Positions 1 through 9,553 of a DNA stretch of 64,000 nt are shown here, one piece after another (positions within the stretch are counted from its first letter, which is position 1; the number at the start of each line of letters is the position of its first letter). The position numbers were made by a program, and so were the translations under genes. The notes under the pieces are model-generated. The model had not been told where the DNA came from. It saw only the letters and a program-made list of their open reading frames with translations, and did not search any database. The stretch comes from Candidatus Woesearchaeota archaeon (GTDB taxonomy: Archaea; Nanobdellota; Nanobdellia; Woesearchaeales; UBA10216), in NCBI GenBank assembly GCA_016188155.1, contig JACPIH010000002.1, positions 68,655 to 132,654 of the forward strand, given 5' to 3'.

Positions 1-288
1 ATAGCTGCTGCAGCGAGCGAAAGGGCAAACGGCGAAGCCTTCAACGTAGCAACAGGGAAAGGGACAAGCTTTCTTGAACTGGCAAAGGAAGTGATTAGGG
101 CAAACGGCGGAGGCAGCAGCAGATTCGTGCCATATCCCAAAGAAACAAAACAGCTCGAGCCTGGCGACTTTGTTGCAGACATCCGTAAGGTTAAGAAGCT
201 GCTGGAGTGGGAGCCAAAAACAGGGCTTGCAGAAGGCCTGAAGGCAACAATCAATTTTTATAGGAAAAATAAAAGCCGCTATTGGTGA
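1..288 (+). CDS. NAD-dependent epimerase/dehydratase family protein, C-terminal fragment (gene starts upstream of window)
   Basis: Open frame from window start; C-terminal region typical of extended SDR epimerases (…AEGLKATINFY…); followed by glycan genes. Confidence 0.5.
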   Translation: MAAAASERANGEAFNVATGKGTSFLELAKEVIRANGGGSSRFVPYPKETKQLEPGDFVADIRKVKKLLEWEPKTGLAEGLKATINFYRKNKSRYW

Positions 289-295
289 CCTGAAA

Positions 296-1384
296 ATGAA
301 AAGAATCCTGATAGGCAGCAGCGGAGGAGTGCCGTCAATAAATTTTGAACGCTCACTCAGAGACGCAAAAGAGCAGTACTACCTCATAGGAATGGACTCG
401 CATGAATACAACATATTCAGGGCAGAGGTTGACGAGTCCCACCTCATTACACTGGCCGCAGACCCCCTGTACATTCCCCTCCTGCAAGAACTGATCGAAC
501 GCGCAAAGCCTGACTTCCTGCACACGCAAAACGACTACTCAGAACTAAAAAAAATCTCTGACAACCGCCACAAGCTAAACACGCTGTTATTTATCCCCAG
601 CGATAGGACAATAAAAATCTGCATAGACAAAAACGCCTCTTACAGGGAGTGGAGCAAAGCTGGCCTGAACGTGCCCCACACAATCCTGGTCAAAACCGAG
701 GATGACCTGCTACAAGCGATAAAGCTCCATGGAACAGTCTGGCTCAGGTACAAAGAAGGCGGATTTGGGTATGGCTCACTGCACACGGGCGACTTCGAAT
801 TTGCGAAGAAATGGATAGACTACTTCAAAGGCTGGGGCAAGTTCACAGCGGCAGAATACCTGAGCGAGCACAGCGTAACATGGATGGCGCTGTACAAGGA
901 AGGCGAGCTGGTAGTTGCCCAAGGCAGGAAAAGGCTTTACTGGGAATTCGCAAGCAGAACAGTCTCAGGGGTAACCGGGGTAACAGGCACAGGCGTCACA
1001 GTAAGCGACCCTGTCCTGGACAAAATCGCGCAGGACGCAATCTACGCCATTGACAAGGAACCGCACGGGGTATTCAGCGTCGACCTGACATACAACTCAA
1101 AAGGCATCCCTACACCTACAGAGATAAACATAGGAAGGTTCTTCACAACGAGCTACTTCTACACCAAAGCAGGCCTGAACATGGCAGAGCTGTACGTCAA
1201 GCTCGCCTTCGGAGAGAAAATCCCACGGATAGAAAAGAAAATCAACCCCCTGCCGGAAGGGCTGGCATGGGTAAGGGGCATGGACGTTCTGCCCGTCCTA
1301 ACAACAGTAAAAGCCATAGAAGCGAAAAAGGCAGACCTGACGCGAAGGATACAAAATGCGCAAAGTCTCACCGGAAAAAAATAA
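296..1384 (+). CDS. ATP-grasp domain protein (carboxylate-amine ligase-like) within sugar-modification operon
   Basis: 362 aa; ATP-grasp-like layout (KTEDDLLQAIKLHG…WLRYKEGGFGYG…EYL…GELVV…, C-terminal …VDLTY…PTPTEINIGRF); internal GVTGVTGTGVTV repeat. Confidence 0.55.
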   Translation: MKRILIGSSGGVPSINFERSLRDAKEQYYLIGMDSHEYNIFRAEVDESHLITLAADPLYIPLLQELIERAKPDFLHTQNDYSELKKISDNRHKLNTLLFIPSDRTIKICIDKNASYREWSKAGLNVPHTILVKTEDDLLQAIKLHGTVWLRYKEGGFGYGSLHTGDFEFAKKWIDYFKGWGKFTAAEYLSEHSVTWMALYKEGELVVAQGRKRLYWEFASRTVSGVTGVTGTGVTVSDPVLDKIAQDAIYAIDKEPHGVFSVDLTYNSKGIPTPTEINIGRFFTTSYFYTKAGLNMAELYVKLAFGEKIPRIEKKINPLPEGLAWVRGMDVLPVLTTVKAIEAKKADLTRRIQNAQSLTGKK

Positions 1385-2309
1385 AGGGCTGATCCTCATC
1401 ACCGGAGGAACGGGCTTTATCGGAAAGCACCTGCTCAACCAGCTAGCAGCATCAGGGCGAAGAAGTATTTGCGTTCTCACAAGGCAGCATCGGCAGCAAG
1501 AATGTTACGAGGGCTTTTCATGCGTAAAAGGCGACCTCACCAAGCCGGAAACGCTTAAAAGCCTCTCTAAACTAAACATCCACACCGCAATTCATCTCGC
1601 AGCGCTAATACCAAACCAGGAAAACCGCAACAACGCGCAAGAGCACATGCGCCAAAACCTCGAAGGAACAATAAACCTGTTCCTTGCGCTCCCGCCAACA
1701 GTAAAGCACTTCATATTCATGAGCACAGCCGACGTTTATGGAACACCAGCCAAGCTTCCGGTAAGCGAAAGCCACCCCACCAAACCAATAAGCTACTATG
1801 CCGTAAGCAAGCTGGCAAGCGAACACTTCCTCAGAGCAGCGTGCCCAAAACGAAACATAACGCTCACCATACTCAGATTAAGCCACGTATATGGGCCAGG
1901 GGAGCCCGTCATCAAAGCAATACCCACGTTCATTTCCAGCTTCCTGGGAGGAAAGGCACCAACTCTCTACAGCAGCCCGAAAGAAGCCAGGGACTACGTG
2001 TACGTAGGCGATGTTGCCACGGCGATTAGGCTTGCAGCAGAATCGGAAAAAGGCGGCATATACAACATTGCAAGCGGAAAACCGCACAGAATAGGCAAGG
2101 TAATGGCAGAAATAAGGGCACAGATTAAAAGCCCGATAAACCCGGCAATAACTGGGCAGGGCAAAAGGCAGAAACCGCTTGTGCTTTACTTCAGCATCAG
2201 TGCGGCAAAACGCAAGCTCGGATACGAGCCGAAAACCCCTTTCGCCAAAGGCATAAGCCATGAAATAGAGTGGTTCAAAAATGCGAACAAGGCACACAAT
2301 CTACGCTGA
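1356..2309 (+). CDS. NAD-dependent epimerase/dehydratase (extended SDR, UDP-glucose 4-epimerase-like)
   Basis: GGTGFIGKHL Rossmann motif near N-terminus; YxxSK (YYAVSKLASE); 317 aa. Confidence 0.75.
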   Translation: MRKVSPEKNKGLILITGGTGFIGKHLLNQLAASGRRSICVLTRQHRQQECYEGFSCVKGDLTKPETLKSLSKLNIHTAIHLAALIPNQENRNNAQEHMRQNLEGTINLFLALPPTVKHFIFMSTADVYGTPAKLPVSESHPTKPISYYAVSKLASEHFLRAACPKRNITLTILRLSHVYGPGEPVIKAIPTFISSFLGGKAPTLYSSPKEARDYVYVGDVATAIRLAAESEKGGIYNIASGKPHRIGKVMAEIRAQIKSPINPAITGQGKRQKPLVLYFSISAAKRKLGYEPKTPFAKGISHEIEWFKNANKAHNLR

Positions 2310-2940
2310 CCTAGACGGAACAATACTGGACACGAAGAAGCGCCACTACACTGTTTACAGCAGCATTCTACGAAAACACGGCTACAAGCCCCTAAACATC
2401 TCTGATTACTGGCGGCTTAAAACAGCAGGCAGAAATAATAAAGAAATCCTGGGCAGGTCCAAAGCGCAGCGCCTCACAAACCGGTTCACGGCAGAGTGGC
2501 TGCATAACATAGAAAAAAAGGAATACCTTGCCCTTGACTTGCTGCAGCGCAGCGCAAAAAAAAGCCTTACAGCGCTCCTCTCTTTCAGGCTGGTACTGGT
2601 AACCCTCCGCCGAAAACGCAGAAACCTGATATGGCAACTAGAACGCTTAGGCATAAAGGAACACTTCAGCGCAATTCTCAGCGCACCACCTTCGCGGCAG
2701 CCGCATAAACAAAAGGCAAGCCTCATCAAAAAAGACAGCCAAAACAACCACAAGGGGATTTTTATTATGGGAGATACGGAAGCGGACATTGCAGCAGCAA
2801 AAGCGCTCAAAATACCTGCAATAGCGGTAACCAGCGGAATCCGCAACAGCAAACAGCTGCTGAAGCTCAAGCCTGAGTTCACAGCCCAGCAACTAAGCGA
2901 CGCTGTGCAAATCATCAAAAAGCAAAGCGCCAGAAGGTAA
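2281..2940 (+). CDS. HAD-superfamily hydrolase/phosphatase
   Basis: N-terminal DLDGTILDT (DxDGT) motif; C-terminal GDTEADIAAA motif IV-like. Confidence 0.55.
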   Translation: MRTRHTIYADLDGTILDTKKRHYTVYSSILRKHGYKPLNISDYWRLKTAGRNNKEILGRSKAQRLTNRFTAEWLHNIEKKEYLALDLLQRSAKKSLTALLSFRLVLVTLRRKRRNLIWQLERLGIKEHFSAILSAPPSRQPHKQKASLIKKDSQNNHKGIFIMGDTEADIAAAKALKIPAIAVTSGIRNSKQLLKLKPEFTAQQLSDAVQIIKKQSARR

Positions 2941-2943
2941 ACG

Positions 2944-3120
2944 ATGCCCATGATTTTTGGACTAACAAGACAGTGTAGGGGAATAAAAGCAGAAATAGAT
3001 GCTGCAATAAGCGATACATTGGAGAAAGGCAGGTTCATTCTTGGGGAAAAGGTTGGGCAGTTTGAAAGGGCATTTGCAAAATACTGCAGGGCAAAACGCA
3101 GTTTTCAGCCAGCTGATTGA
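2944..3120 (+). pseudogene. 5' fragment of a DegT/DnrJ/EryC1/StrS-family aminotransferase gene (first about 55 codons, then premature stop)
   Basis: MPMIFGLTRQCRGIKAEIDAAISDTLEKGRFILGEKVGQFERAFAKYCRAK matches conserved DegT N-terminus; frame ends at TGA 3118-3120 before the PLP-binding core; downstream sequence is unrelated. Confidence 0.6.
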
Positions 3121-3347
3121 CACGAACAACATAACAGGCCTTGATATTGGCTTTGACAAGGCCTACTATGAGCAGCAGGCCTGGCAGCACCTCTACACGT
3201 TCTACTATTCTGGAAACTACTATTACACTGTTTACGGCGGCGTTGAGATGACACTGTGAAAATTTTGAAATCACCGACGGAAAAACTACGGGATTTGACA
3301 GAAAGGTTTAAATAACATCAAATATCGGCACCGACTGGGGTTAAAAA

Positions 3348-4013
3348 GTGGGAAAAAGGGGTTCATTTGCTATTAAGAAGAACAAGGTAGTTGTCCTATT
3401 TTTAGTTTTGTTATTCACCTCCTCACTTAGTTACCTTATTTTTGCTAATGCTGCCGAAGTTCAAGAAATTGTCAAGAGTGTGATTAATGGCAATTCCGCA
3501 AGTGTAGAAGCCAGTCCAGCACATATAAATTATGAGGAGAGTATGAAAAATTTCAGAGGTGCTCTTCTATCTTTAAATGTAACAAGTTCACACAGCTTTG
3601 AAAAAACAGTTGATTCTGAAAAACACGAGCTTTCAGTAGAGCTTATCGAACCTGTAACAAGACAAGGGGCTCATTTGAAAGTAAACAACGAGAATGTTTT
3701 TCTTCCATCTGGCGGTACCAGTTATATAGATGGTTGGCTTATCAGGAACAGGGGAAATATCAAAGATCCAAATGGCATAATCAGTTCAAACATAGATTCT
3801 TTTTACATAGGCACCGATGGCGACTGCAGCCTTGCAGACCATTACGAATGCATTGATGGGAATTTGCACTGGTTTTATTGCAATGGCACGGACTATGGCA
3901 TGGTGGAAGAGTGCGATTCGTGCCAAGATAATGAATGTGTAAAAAAAGGAACTTTTGCCCGCTGGGAGCGAATAAAGGTACTTAGGCAAAATGTTAGTGT
4001 TGCAAGTGAATAA
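3348..4013 (+). CDS. secreted/membrane-anchored Cys-rich hypothetical protein (GTG start)
   Basis: N-terminal hydrophobic signal/anchor (VVVLFLVLLFTSSLSYLIFANA); Cys-rich C-terminus; 2-nt gap to next gene. Confidence 0.5.
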   Translation: MGKRGSFAIKKNKVVVLFLVLLFTSSLSYLIFANAAEVQEIVKSVINGNSASVEASPAHINYEESMKNFRGALLSLNVTSSHSFEKTVDSEKHELSVELIEPVTRQGAHLKVNNENVFLPSGGTSYIDGWLIRNRGNIKDPNGIISSNIDSFYIGTDGDCSLADHYECIDGNLHWFYCNGTDYGMVEECDSCQDNECVKKGTFARWERIKVLRQNVSVASE

Positions 4014-4015
4014 AT

Positions 4016-7000
4016 ATGAACAAGAATTTATTGGTAATTTTGGCAATCATTTTAGCTGCAGTTCTGTTACCGATATTGGTTGAAGCTTTGCCAGTGATAG
4101 ATTCTGATGAGAGTTGGAACGTTAATGGCGGGACTATATTTGACAATGTTATCTGGACTGATGATAACATAGACTTCGAAGTAAATGGGATTAATGATGG
4201 CTCAGCAGACTTTGTTTGTGTGGATTGGAACAACGATGGAACTTTCGATAATTGCTATTACGATTCTAATGGCTGTACTTCAAGTTGCGGGGTAAATGAT
4301 TGCGATTTTTTCCCTATTCCTCAAAACATGAATGATGCCAATAAGGAAAGTTGCGATATTGAAGGAAGCTGTAAGGAAGGAGTTGACGTTGCACAAAGAG
4401 TATGTGATGGGTGTAGTGCGGTAGACACGTCCAATATTCAGAACACATACGTCAATGCTACTGTATACTACGATTGTGATAACTCGCAGAGTAACAGGCA
4501 CTCAGATTCACTGGCTAAGGTTGGTTTTTGGGTCATCAATCCCCAAAAGTTTGATTGTGATGCTGACGGTACCGAGGAAGCCGACAATTATAAGGCTGGT
4601 ACAGCTTATTACGACCTTGAAGGAAAGAACGGTAGCGGCAGCACGGATTGGAAAAACGTAAAAAGCGATTTAGGGTGCCCAGCATACAGGATTTGTGATC
4701 CTACCAGCAGCCATACAAATCATGATGATGAAGAAGTTACAACGAGAACAGGGATAATTCTGTCACCTTGCTCGCTTGAAGATGGCTCGACACTAAATCA
4801 CGTCTGCACTCAAAACGCCGATTGCTATTCCGGAAACTGCGGCGGCTGGGCTACTGATGAGAAACATGTATGCGTAACGGATGGAAGCAACAATTACTAC
4901 CAACAGTTTAAGTATACCAACAGGACTTGCGGAGGAGCAGGCTATACTGATGGCATATTTTATACTAATGCCACGCTTTCGTGCGCTGTAAAGGCAGGAC
5001 CAAGCTACGTCTGTGACTCAGACCATGATGAAAATGTCACAACAAACCCAACCACTCCTGCTTTACCATGCAAAAAAGCAGTTGGCCAACCTTGCTCCCA
5101 AGACAGCGACTGCTGGAACGACGATGGTGGTGTCTTATGCACATCAGGTTATTGCAAAGGGCTGCCAACTTACTGCACTGGCTCGATAGAAGTTCTTACC
5201 GAGGACAGCAGCGGCGCGCCCCTTTCCGGCTTAAGCGTTTACTGGAACGCTACATACAACGGCACCACGGATAGTCTTGGGCAAAGGATACTAAACCTTA
5301 ACGTCACATGCGGCTCTGACCAGAACGTTACGGTAAAGTGCTCCAATAACAGCACTGTTTGCGATACCAAGCTGACACAGATTGACAGCAGCGGCGACAT
5401 AGACTTCCTGTACTTTGAGTGCACAAAGTGCAGCCCGAAGAAGGACCTTTACGTTACGCAAAGTGATGTTTACGTTAACATAACAAGTAAGAGTGTGAAC
5501 GTTACAGTTCATTCTTCCAGCATAACGTCTAATGTGCAAGTTACGGTTTATAGACTGGACGAAGAAGGTGTCACAAAGGAAAGCAGTTCAACAACTATAT
5601 CACTGACTGCGGGTTCAGAAAAGAATGCCTCATTCACTTTAAGCAGTATCGCATCAACTGATTTCCTGCACATATACGTGGACTCCAATAACGCAGTAAA
5701 AGAGGACGACGAGACAAACAACTACGTTTTCAGGGCGGCAGTAAAACCGATTAAGGCCTATATTGACGTTAAGCTTGACCCTTCTTTCTCCATTCTGAAC
5801 GAGCTGGTAAAGGAATACATTGGCACTTTCGTGGAACCTTCAAGTTCTTCCCAAGCAGATGTCATAATCATTGTCGGGCACCCAAAAGTGTCCAATTCTG
5901 AGCCGTTCAATATAACTGGCACAATTATTGGCGGCGGTAAATCCATGCAGAAAGCATACGCTGGAGTTGTTAAAAAGGCTCCGGATTTTGTGAATAGTTA
6001 TTCTGGGAAGCCTGAAATATTAGTGTACGGCAACCAAATCCAGGGCGATATCGCTGCTGTGAAGCGCTTAATCAGTGCCAGAAGCATCTTTTTGGATAAA
6101 GGAACAAGCAGCAAATCGTATACCGTTTTTATTGATGACTACGACTCGTTAGGTATTTCCGTGATGGACCTTATGAGTAGGAACGAGACTAAAAAGCACA
6201 TGAAAAACAACAACATTACGTTAGCTAACGATGTTAGGAAGATTCTTTATGATAACAATTTTGAGGTTGCCGTGAAGCCTGTGAAGACGCTGAGCACCAC
6301 TTCGTATGGTAATTCGAGCATATTACGGGTCAAGAATGTAAATACTGATTTTTCTGTAAGTTATAAAGATGCTGTTGGTATCAGTAACTTTCCAGTAGTT
6401 TTTAGCGGTGGACTTTTTAGCCATTTAACTGCATGGGAAGGCAATGGTAAAGGGTTAGCCAAACAGATGGCCGGGGAAGGTTGGGACGTATGGGAAATAG
6501 AAATGACAGGAGGTCCCGATACCGATTGTAGTGTTTCAGATGTTGACACTTGTCCTAATTACGCTTACAGCGATTTGACAACGTACTTTTGGCCTGCACT
6601 AATTGCTGGAATTCAAAAATACTCGGGAAAAGGTCAGGTTGATTATGTGGGGCATAGTAATGGCTGCTTGGCGGCGCTAAGTGCGTTGAATAATTATTCC
6701 TTGTCTGGTAAAAATAATACTGGCTACTACTTTAACTATAACACGGGACAGTACTTATTCGTGAATCTCTCCTCAAACCCTGTGAGGAAGTTTGTAGGAG
6801 TGGCATGCCCCTCAGTTTTAGACGACAGCACAGCATATACGACTCTGGCAAGATTAAACAGCAAGTTTGGTAGTGGAACAGCCGGCGATGTGGCTATGAA
6901 TAAACTCGCTGGCAAAAAGCACGTAACAATGGGACAATACGCACAATACCTCGTTCCTAGCACACCCACCAAACTTGACGACTACGCCAGTTTCATACTA

Positions 7001-7300
7001 GCATTTGCAGGCGGGAAAAAAATCTCCTACAACCTTATGGACTTCTACAATGATTTGGCGGTAAGTAATTCAGATTCTATAAATTTGAGCGGACTAAACG
7101 TAAGCAAACTTTACCTGTTGGCAACAAATCCGGACGATTTCATAGTGTCCTACGACGATCAGCTTGAAATAAATGGTAGCGCTACAGCTCTAACAGCACC
7201 TAATAAAGAGATAATAACCTATCAGGGCATAACATTTAATCATATAGCGATTAAAGATAGGCCGACAGTAAAAGAAAAAATAAAAGAGAAATTAAAATGA
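4016..7300 (+). CDS. giant secreted surface protein with Cys-rich N-terminal region, CARDB-like domain(s) and a C-terminal alpha/beta-hydrolase (lipase/esterase-like, GHSNG) module
   Basis: Signal peptide; numerous N-X-S/T sequons; E..DETNN CARDB-like motif (DDETNNYVF); GHSNGC nucleophile-elbow-like motif (VDYVGHSNGCLAAL), later DDFIV and FNHIA (candidate Asp/His). Confidence 0.6.
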   Translation: MNKNLLVILAIILAAVLLPILVEALPVIDSDESWNVNGGTIFDNVIWTDDNIDFEVNGINDGSADFVCVDWNNDGTFDNCYYDSNGCTSSCGVNDCDFFPIPQNMNDANKESCDIEGSCKEGVDVAQRVCDGCSAVDTSNIQNTYVNATVYYDCDNSQSNRHSDSLAKVGFWVINPQKFDCDADGTEEADNYKAGTAYYDLEGKNGSGSTDWKNVKSDLGCPAYRICDPTSSHTNHDDEEVTTRTGIILSPCSLEDGSTLNHVCTQNADCYSGNCGGWATDEKHVCVTDGSNNYYQQFKYTNRTCGGAGYTDGIFYTNATLSCAVKAGPSYVCDSDHDENVTTNPTTPALPCKKAVGQPCSQDSDCWNDDGGVLCTSGYCKGLPTYCTGSIEVLTEDSSGAPLSGLSVYWNATYNGTTDSLGQRILNLNVTCGSDQNVTVKCSNNSTVCDTKLTQIDSSGDIDFLYFECTKCSPKKDLYVTQSDVYVNITSKSVNVTVHSSSITSNVQVTVYRLDEEGVTKESSSTTISLTAGSEKNASFTLSSIASTDFLHIYVDSNNAVKEDDETNNYVFRAAVKPIKAYIDVKLDPSFSILNELVKEYIGTFVEPSSSSQADVIIIVGHPKVSNSEPFNITGTIIGGGKSMQKAYAGVVKKAPDFVNSYSGKPEILVYGNQIQGDIAAVKRLISARSIFLDKGTSSKSYTVFIDDYDSLGISVMDLMSRNETKKHMKNNNITLANDVRKILYDNNFEVAVKPVKTLSTTSYGNSSILRVKNVNTDFSVSYKDAVGISNFPVVFSGGLFSHLTAWEGNGKGLAKQMAGEGWDVWEIEMTGGPDTDCSVSDVDTCPNYAYSDLTTYFWPALIAGIQKYSGKGQVDYVGHSNGCLAALSALNNYSLSGKNNTGYYFNYNTGQYLFVNLSSNPVRKFVGVACPSVLDDSTAYTTLARLNSKFGSGTAGDVAMNKLAGKKHVTMGQYAQYLVPSTPTKLDDYASFILAFAGGKKISYNLMDFYNDLAVSNSDSINLSGLNVSKLYLLATNPDDFIVSYDDQLEINGSATALTAPNKEIITYQGITFNHIAIKDRPTVKEKIKEKLK

Positions 7301-7896
7301 AAATTACTAAAAATCATTTACTCACAGCATTACATCTGTTACTAGCTACGATAACTGGTGGCTTTTTTGCCGGACTGCAATCTATTATACACCCAAGTGA
7401 CGCAACAATTTTTGCTCCGATATATTTTATTGCACTAAATTCGTTATTGTTTACGCCAGCCATACTTTTTTCACTTTTTTATATTTTTATGGCAAGTAAA
7501 ATTTTAAAAAACGATTTTAAACCTTCACGTGGTTTGTGGACTGGAACGATTGCTGGATTACTGTTGGCAAGCGTATTATTGACGTATTTATTAAACGTTG
7601 AAATAACAGAATCCTATAAAGTTGAAGGTGGCGCTATAAATGAAGATTTTAAAGGTACGGCCACAGGATTAGAAAAATTGTCATTAACTTCATTCTATTC
7701 ATTTTTGATTTTATTTTCTATCCTTACTCCACTAATAGATTTTTTCGATTTTAAAAGAAGAAAAACAAGAATTGACACAAAAAATTTCTTTTTACTTTTA
7801 GGATTGTCTATTGGTTATTATGTTCTGATTTTCCTTTGGAGAATTGTATTATTTTATGCCGTTAACATATTTTTATTTTTCGCATTATGGAGCTAA
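7297..7896 (+). CDS. small polytopic membrane protein (candidate immunity/partner protein of upstream hydrolase module)
   Basis: 199 aa, 5-6 predicted TM helices, very AT-rich; start overlaps upstream stop (ATGA). Confidence 0.5.
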   Translation: MKITKNHLLTALHLLLATITGGFFAGLQSIIHPSDATIFAPIYFIALNSLLFTPAILFSLFYIFMASKILKNDFKPSRGLWTGTIAGLLLASVLLTYLLNVEITESYKVEGGAINEDFKGTATGLEKLSLTSFYSFLILFSILTPLIDFFDFKRRKTRIDTKNFFLLLGLSIGYYVLIFLWRIVLFYAVNIFLFFALWS

Positions 7897-9140
7897 AAAT
7901 GATTCGAAAACAATTAGCTGCTGTGAAGCGTTTAATCAGCGCACGAAATATCTTTTTGGATAAAGGGACTGGCAGTAAGTCGTACACGGTGTATATTGAT
8001 GATTTTGATTCTCTTGGTATTTCTGTGATGGATTTGATGAGTAGGAATGAGACTAAGCTGCATCTTAAAAACAACAACATTACATTAGCCAATGACGTTA
8101 GGAAAATCCTGTTTGACAACAACTTTGAAGTGGCTGTAAAGCCTGTGAAGACGCTGAGCACAACTTCTTATAACAATTATTCGATTTTAAGAGTAAAGAA
8201 TGTTAATTCTGATTTTTCTGTAAGTTATAAAGATGCTGTTGGTATCAGTAACTTTCCAGTCGTGTTTAGCGGTGGACTTTTTAGTAACTTGATTGCTTGG
8301 GAAGGTGATAATGGTAAGGGTTTAGCCAAGCAAATGGCTGGTGAGGGCTGGGATGTCTGGGAGATTGAAATTACTGGAGGGCCTGAAACTGATTGCAGTA
8401 GTTCAGAAATAGATACTTGTCCTAACTATACGTACAGCGACTTAACCGACTTCTACTGGCCAGCTTCGATTGCAGGGGTTCAAAAATATTCAGGAAAAAA
8501 TCAGATTGACTATGTGGGGCATAGTAATGGTTGTAGGGCAGCTTTAAGCTCACTAAATAGCTACTCTACTTCCGGTAAGAATAATTCAGGTTATTATTTT
8601 AATTACAACACGGGGCAGTATTTTCTCGTAAATCTGTCTACAAATCCCGTCAGGAAGTTTATCGGCGTCGCGTGCCCAACAACTTTAAATGACGTATCGG
8701 ATATCTCTGTGATAGCCAGAGAATTAAAGGGAGGGGTATCAAAAGGAGACCTAGCAATAAGAGCTCTTTATAATGATAAAATTCAGCATATAAAACGCCA
8801 ATCTTATGCTGGGAGGTTGGATGCAAAAGCCTGGTTTGTAGCAAGAAGTGATTACAAAATATCTACTGCTTTGATGAAGTTTTATAATGACATAAGCATC
8901 GAGACAAATACACAATTCGCTGTTTCACCAAATATTGCTAACAGAACATATTTATTTGCCGGAACAGAAGGCTATTTTGGTTTAAAACATTACGAAGGAG
9001 ATGGAGTTGTGCCTCTGAGTGATATGCTTATGCTCAACAATTCCTTAGATAATTCTGTTTTATATCTTATTAAAGAAAATCATGGCGGGATACTATCCAA
9101 TCCATTATTTATTGGCACTATCAAGGAGGCTGTAAAATGA
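7887..9140 (+). CDS. orphan alpha/beta-hydrolase (GHSNG) cassette, paralog of C-terminal module of 4016..7300, no signal peptide
   Basis: Roughly 80-85 percent nt identity to 6040..6800 with perfect tracts; GHSNGCRAAL, GDGVVP, ENHGG motifs (Ser-Asp-His order); overlaps upstream gene by 10 nt. Confidence 0.55.
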   Translation: MELKMIRKQLAAVKRLISARNIFLDKGTGSKSYTVYIDDFDSLGISVMDLMSRNETKLHLKNNNITLANDVRKILFDNNFEVAVKPVKTLSTTSYNNYSILRVKNVNSDFSVSYKDAVGISNFPVVFSGGLFSNLIAWEGDNGKGLAKQMAGEGWDVWEIEITGGPETDCSSSEIDTCPNYTYSDLTDFYWPASIAGVQKYSGKNQIDYVGHSNGCRAALSSLNSYSTSGKNNSGYYFNYNTGQYFLVNLSTNPVRKFIGVACPTTLNDVSDISVIARELKGGVSKGDLAIRALYNDKIQHIKRQSYAGRLDAKAWFVARSDYKISTALMKFYNDISIETNTQFAVSPNIANRTYLFAGTEGYFGLKHYEGDGVVPLSDMLMLNNSLDNSVLYLIKENHGGILSNPLFIGTIKEAVK

Positions 9141-9553
9141 ACAAGAAACTAATTTACAGAATACTGATAAATAACTTTTTGTTTATATTTTTTGAGATTA
9201 TCTTTTTGGGTTTGATATTGTTGGGTGTTTTTGATGGTTTGATGCCTTCAAATTATGGAGCCTGGATATCCTACGAGGGTTATGGAGTAGTAATCGCAGG
9301 AACTATGGCGGTTATAATCTGCTCCTACGTCTTAGCATATAAAAGATATAACAGTTCAGATACTACGCTTAAGTCTCTTATGAAATATTATAACCTATCC
9401 TTTATTTTAATGATGATCTTTTTGATAAAACTGTTAACTTTGCCTGCCTTTTCACCAGTCATGATTATTGCGTCGCTTTTTGCATTTTTCTTTTTGCTAA
9501 GTTTTTTTGCTTCAATACTGCATCGGATACAAAGCAGAGGTTCAGAAAAATGA
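9137..9553 (+). CDS. small polytopic membrane protein (second candidate immunity/partner protein)
   Basis: 138 aa, about 4 TM helices; ATGA overlap with upstream and downstream genes. Confidence 0.5.
   Translation: MNKKLIYRILINNFLFIFFEIIFLGLILLGVFDGLMPSNYGAWISYEGYGVVIAGTMAVIICSYVLAYKRYNSSDTTLKSLMKYYNLSFILMMIFLIKLLTLPAFSPVMIIASLFAFFFLLSFFASILHRIQSRGSEK

Noticed and set aside
2406-3038. 210-aa minus-strand ORF antisense to the HAD hydrolase gene
   Set aside because: No motif, and hydrophobic low-complexity translation typical of an antisense frame. The sense gene has clear HAD motifs.
3041-3259. 72-aa Tyr-rich ORF following the DegT fragment, considered as the continuation of the DegT gene after a frameshift
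   Set aside because: Its translation has no resemblance to DegT core motifs (no G-T-D-A-L, no PLP Lys region). It is treated as non-coding remnant sequence.
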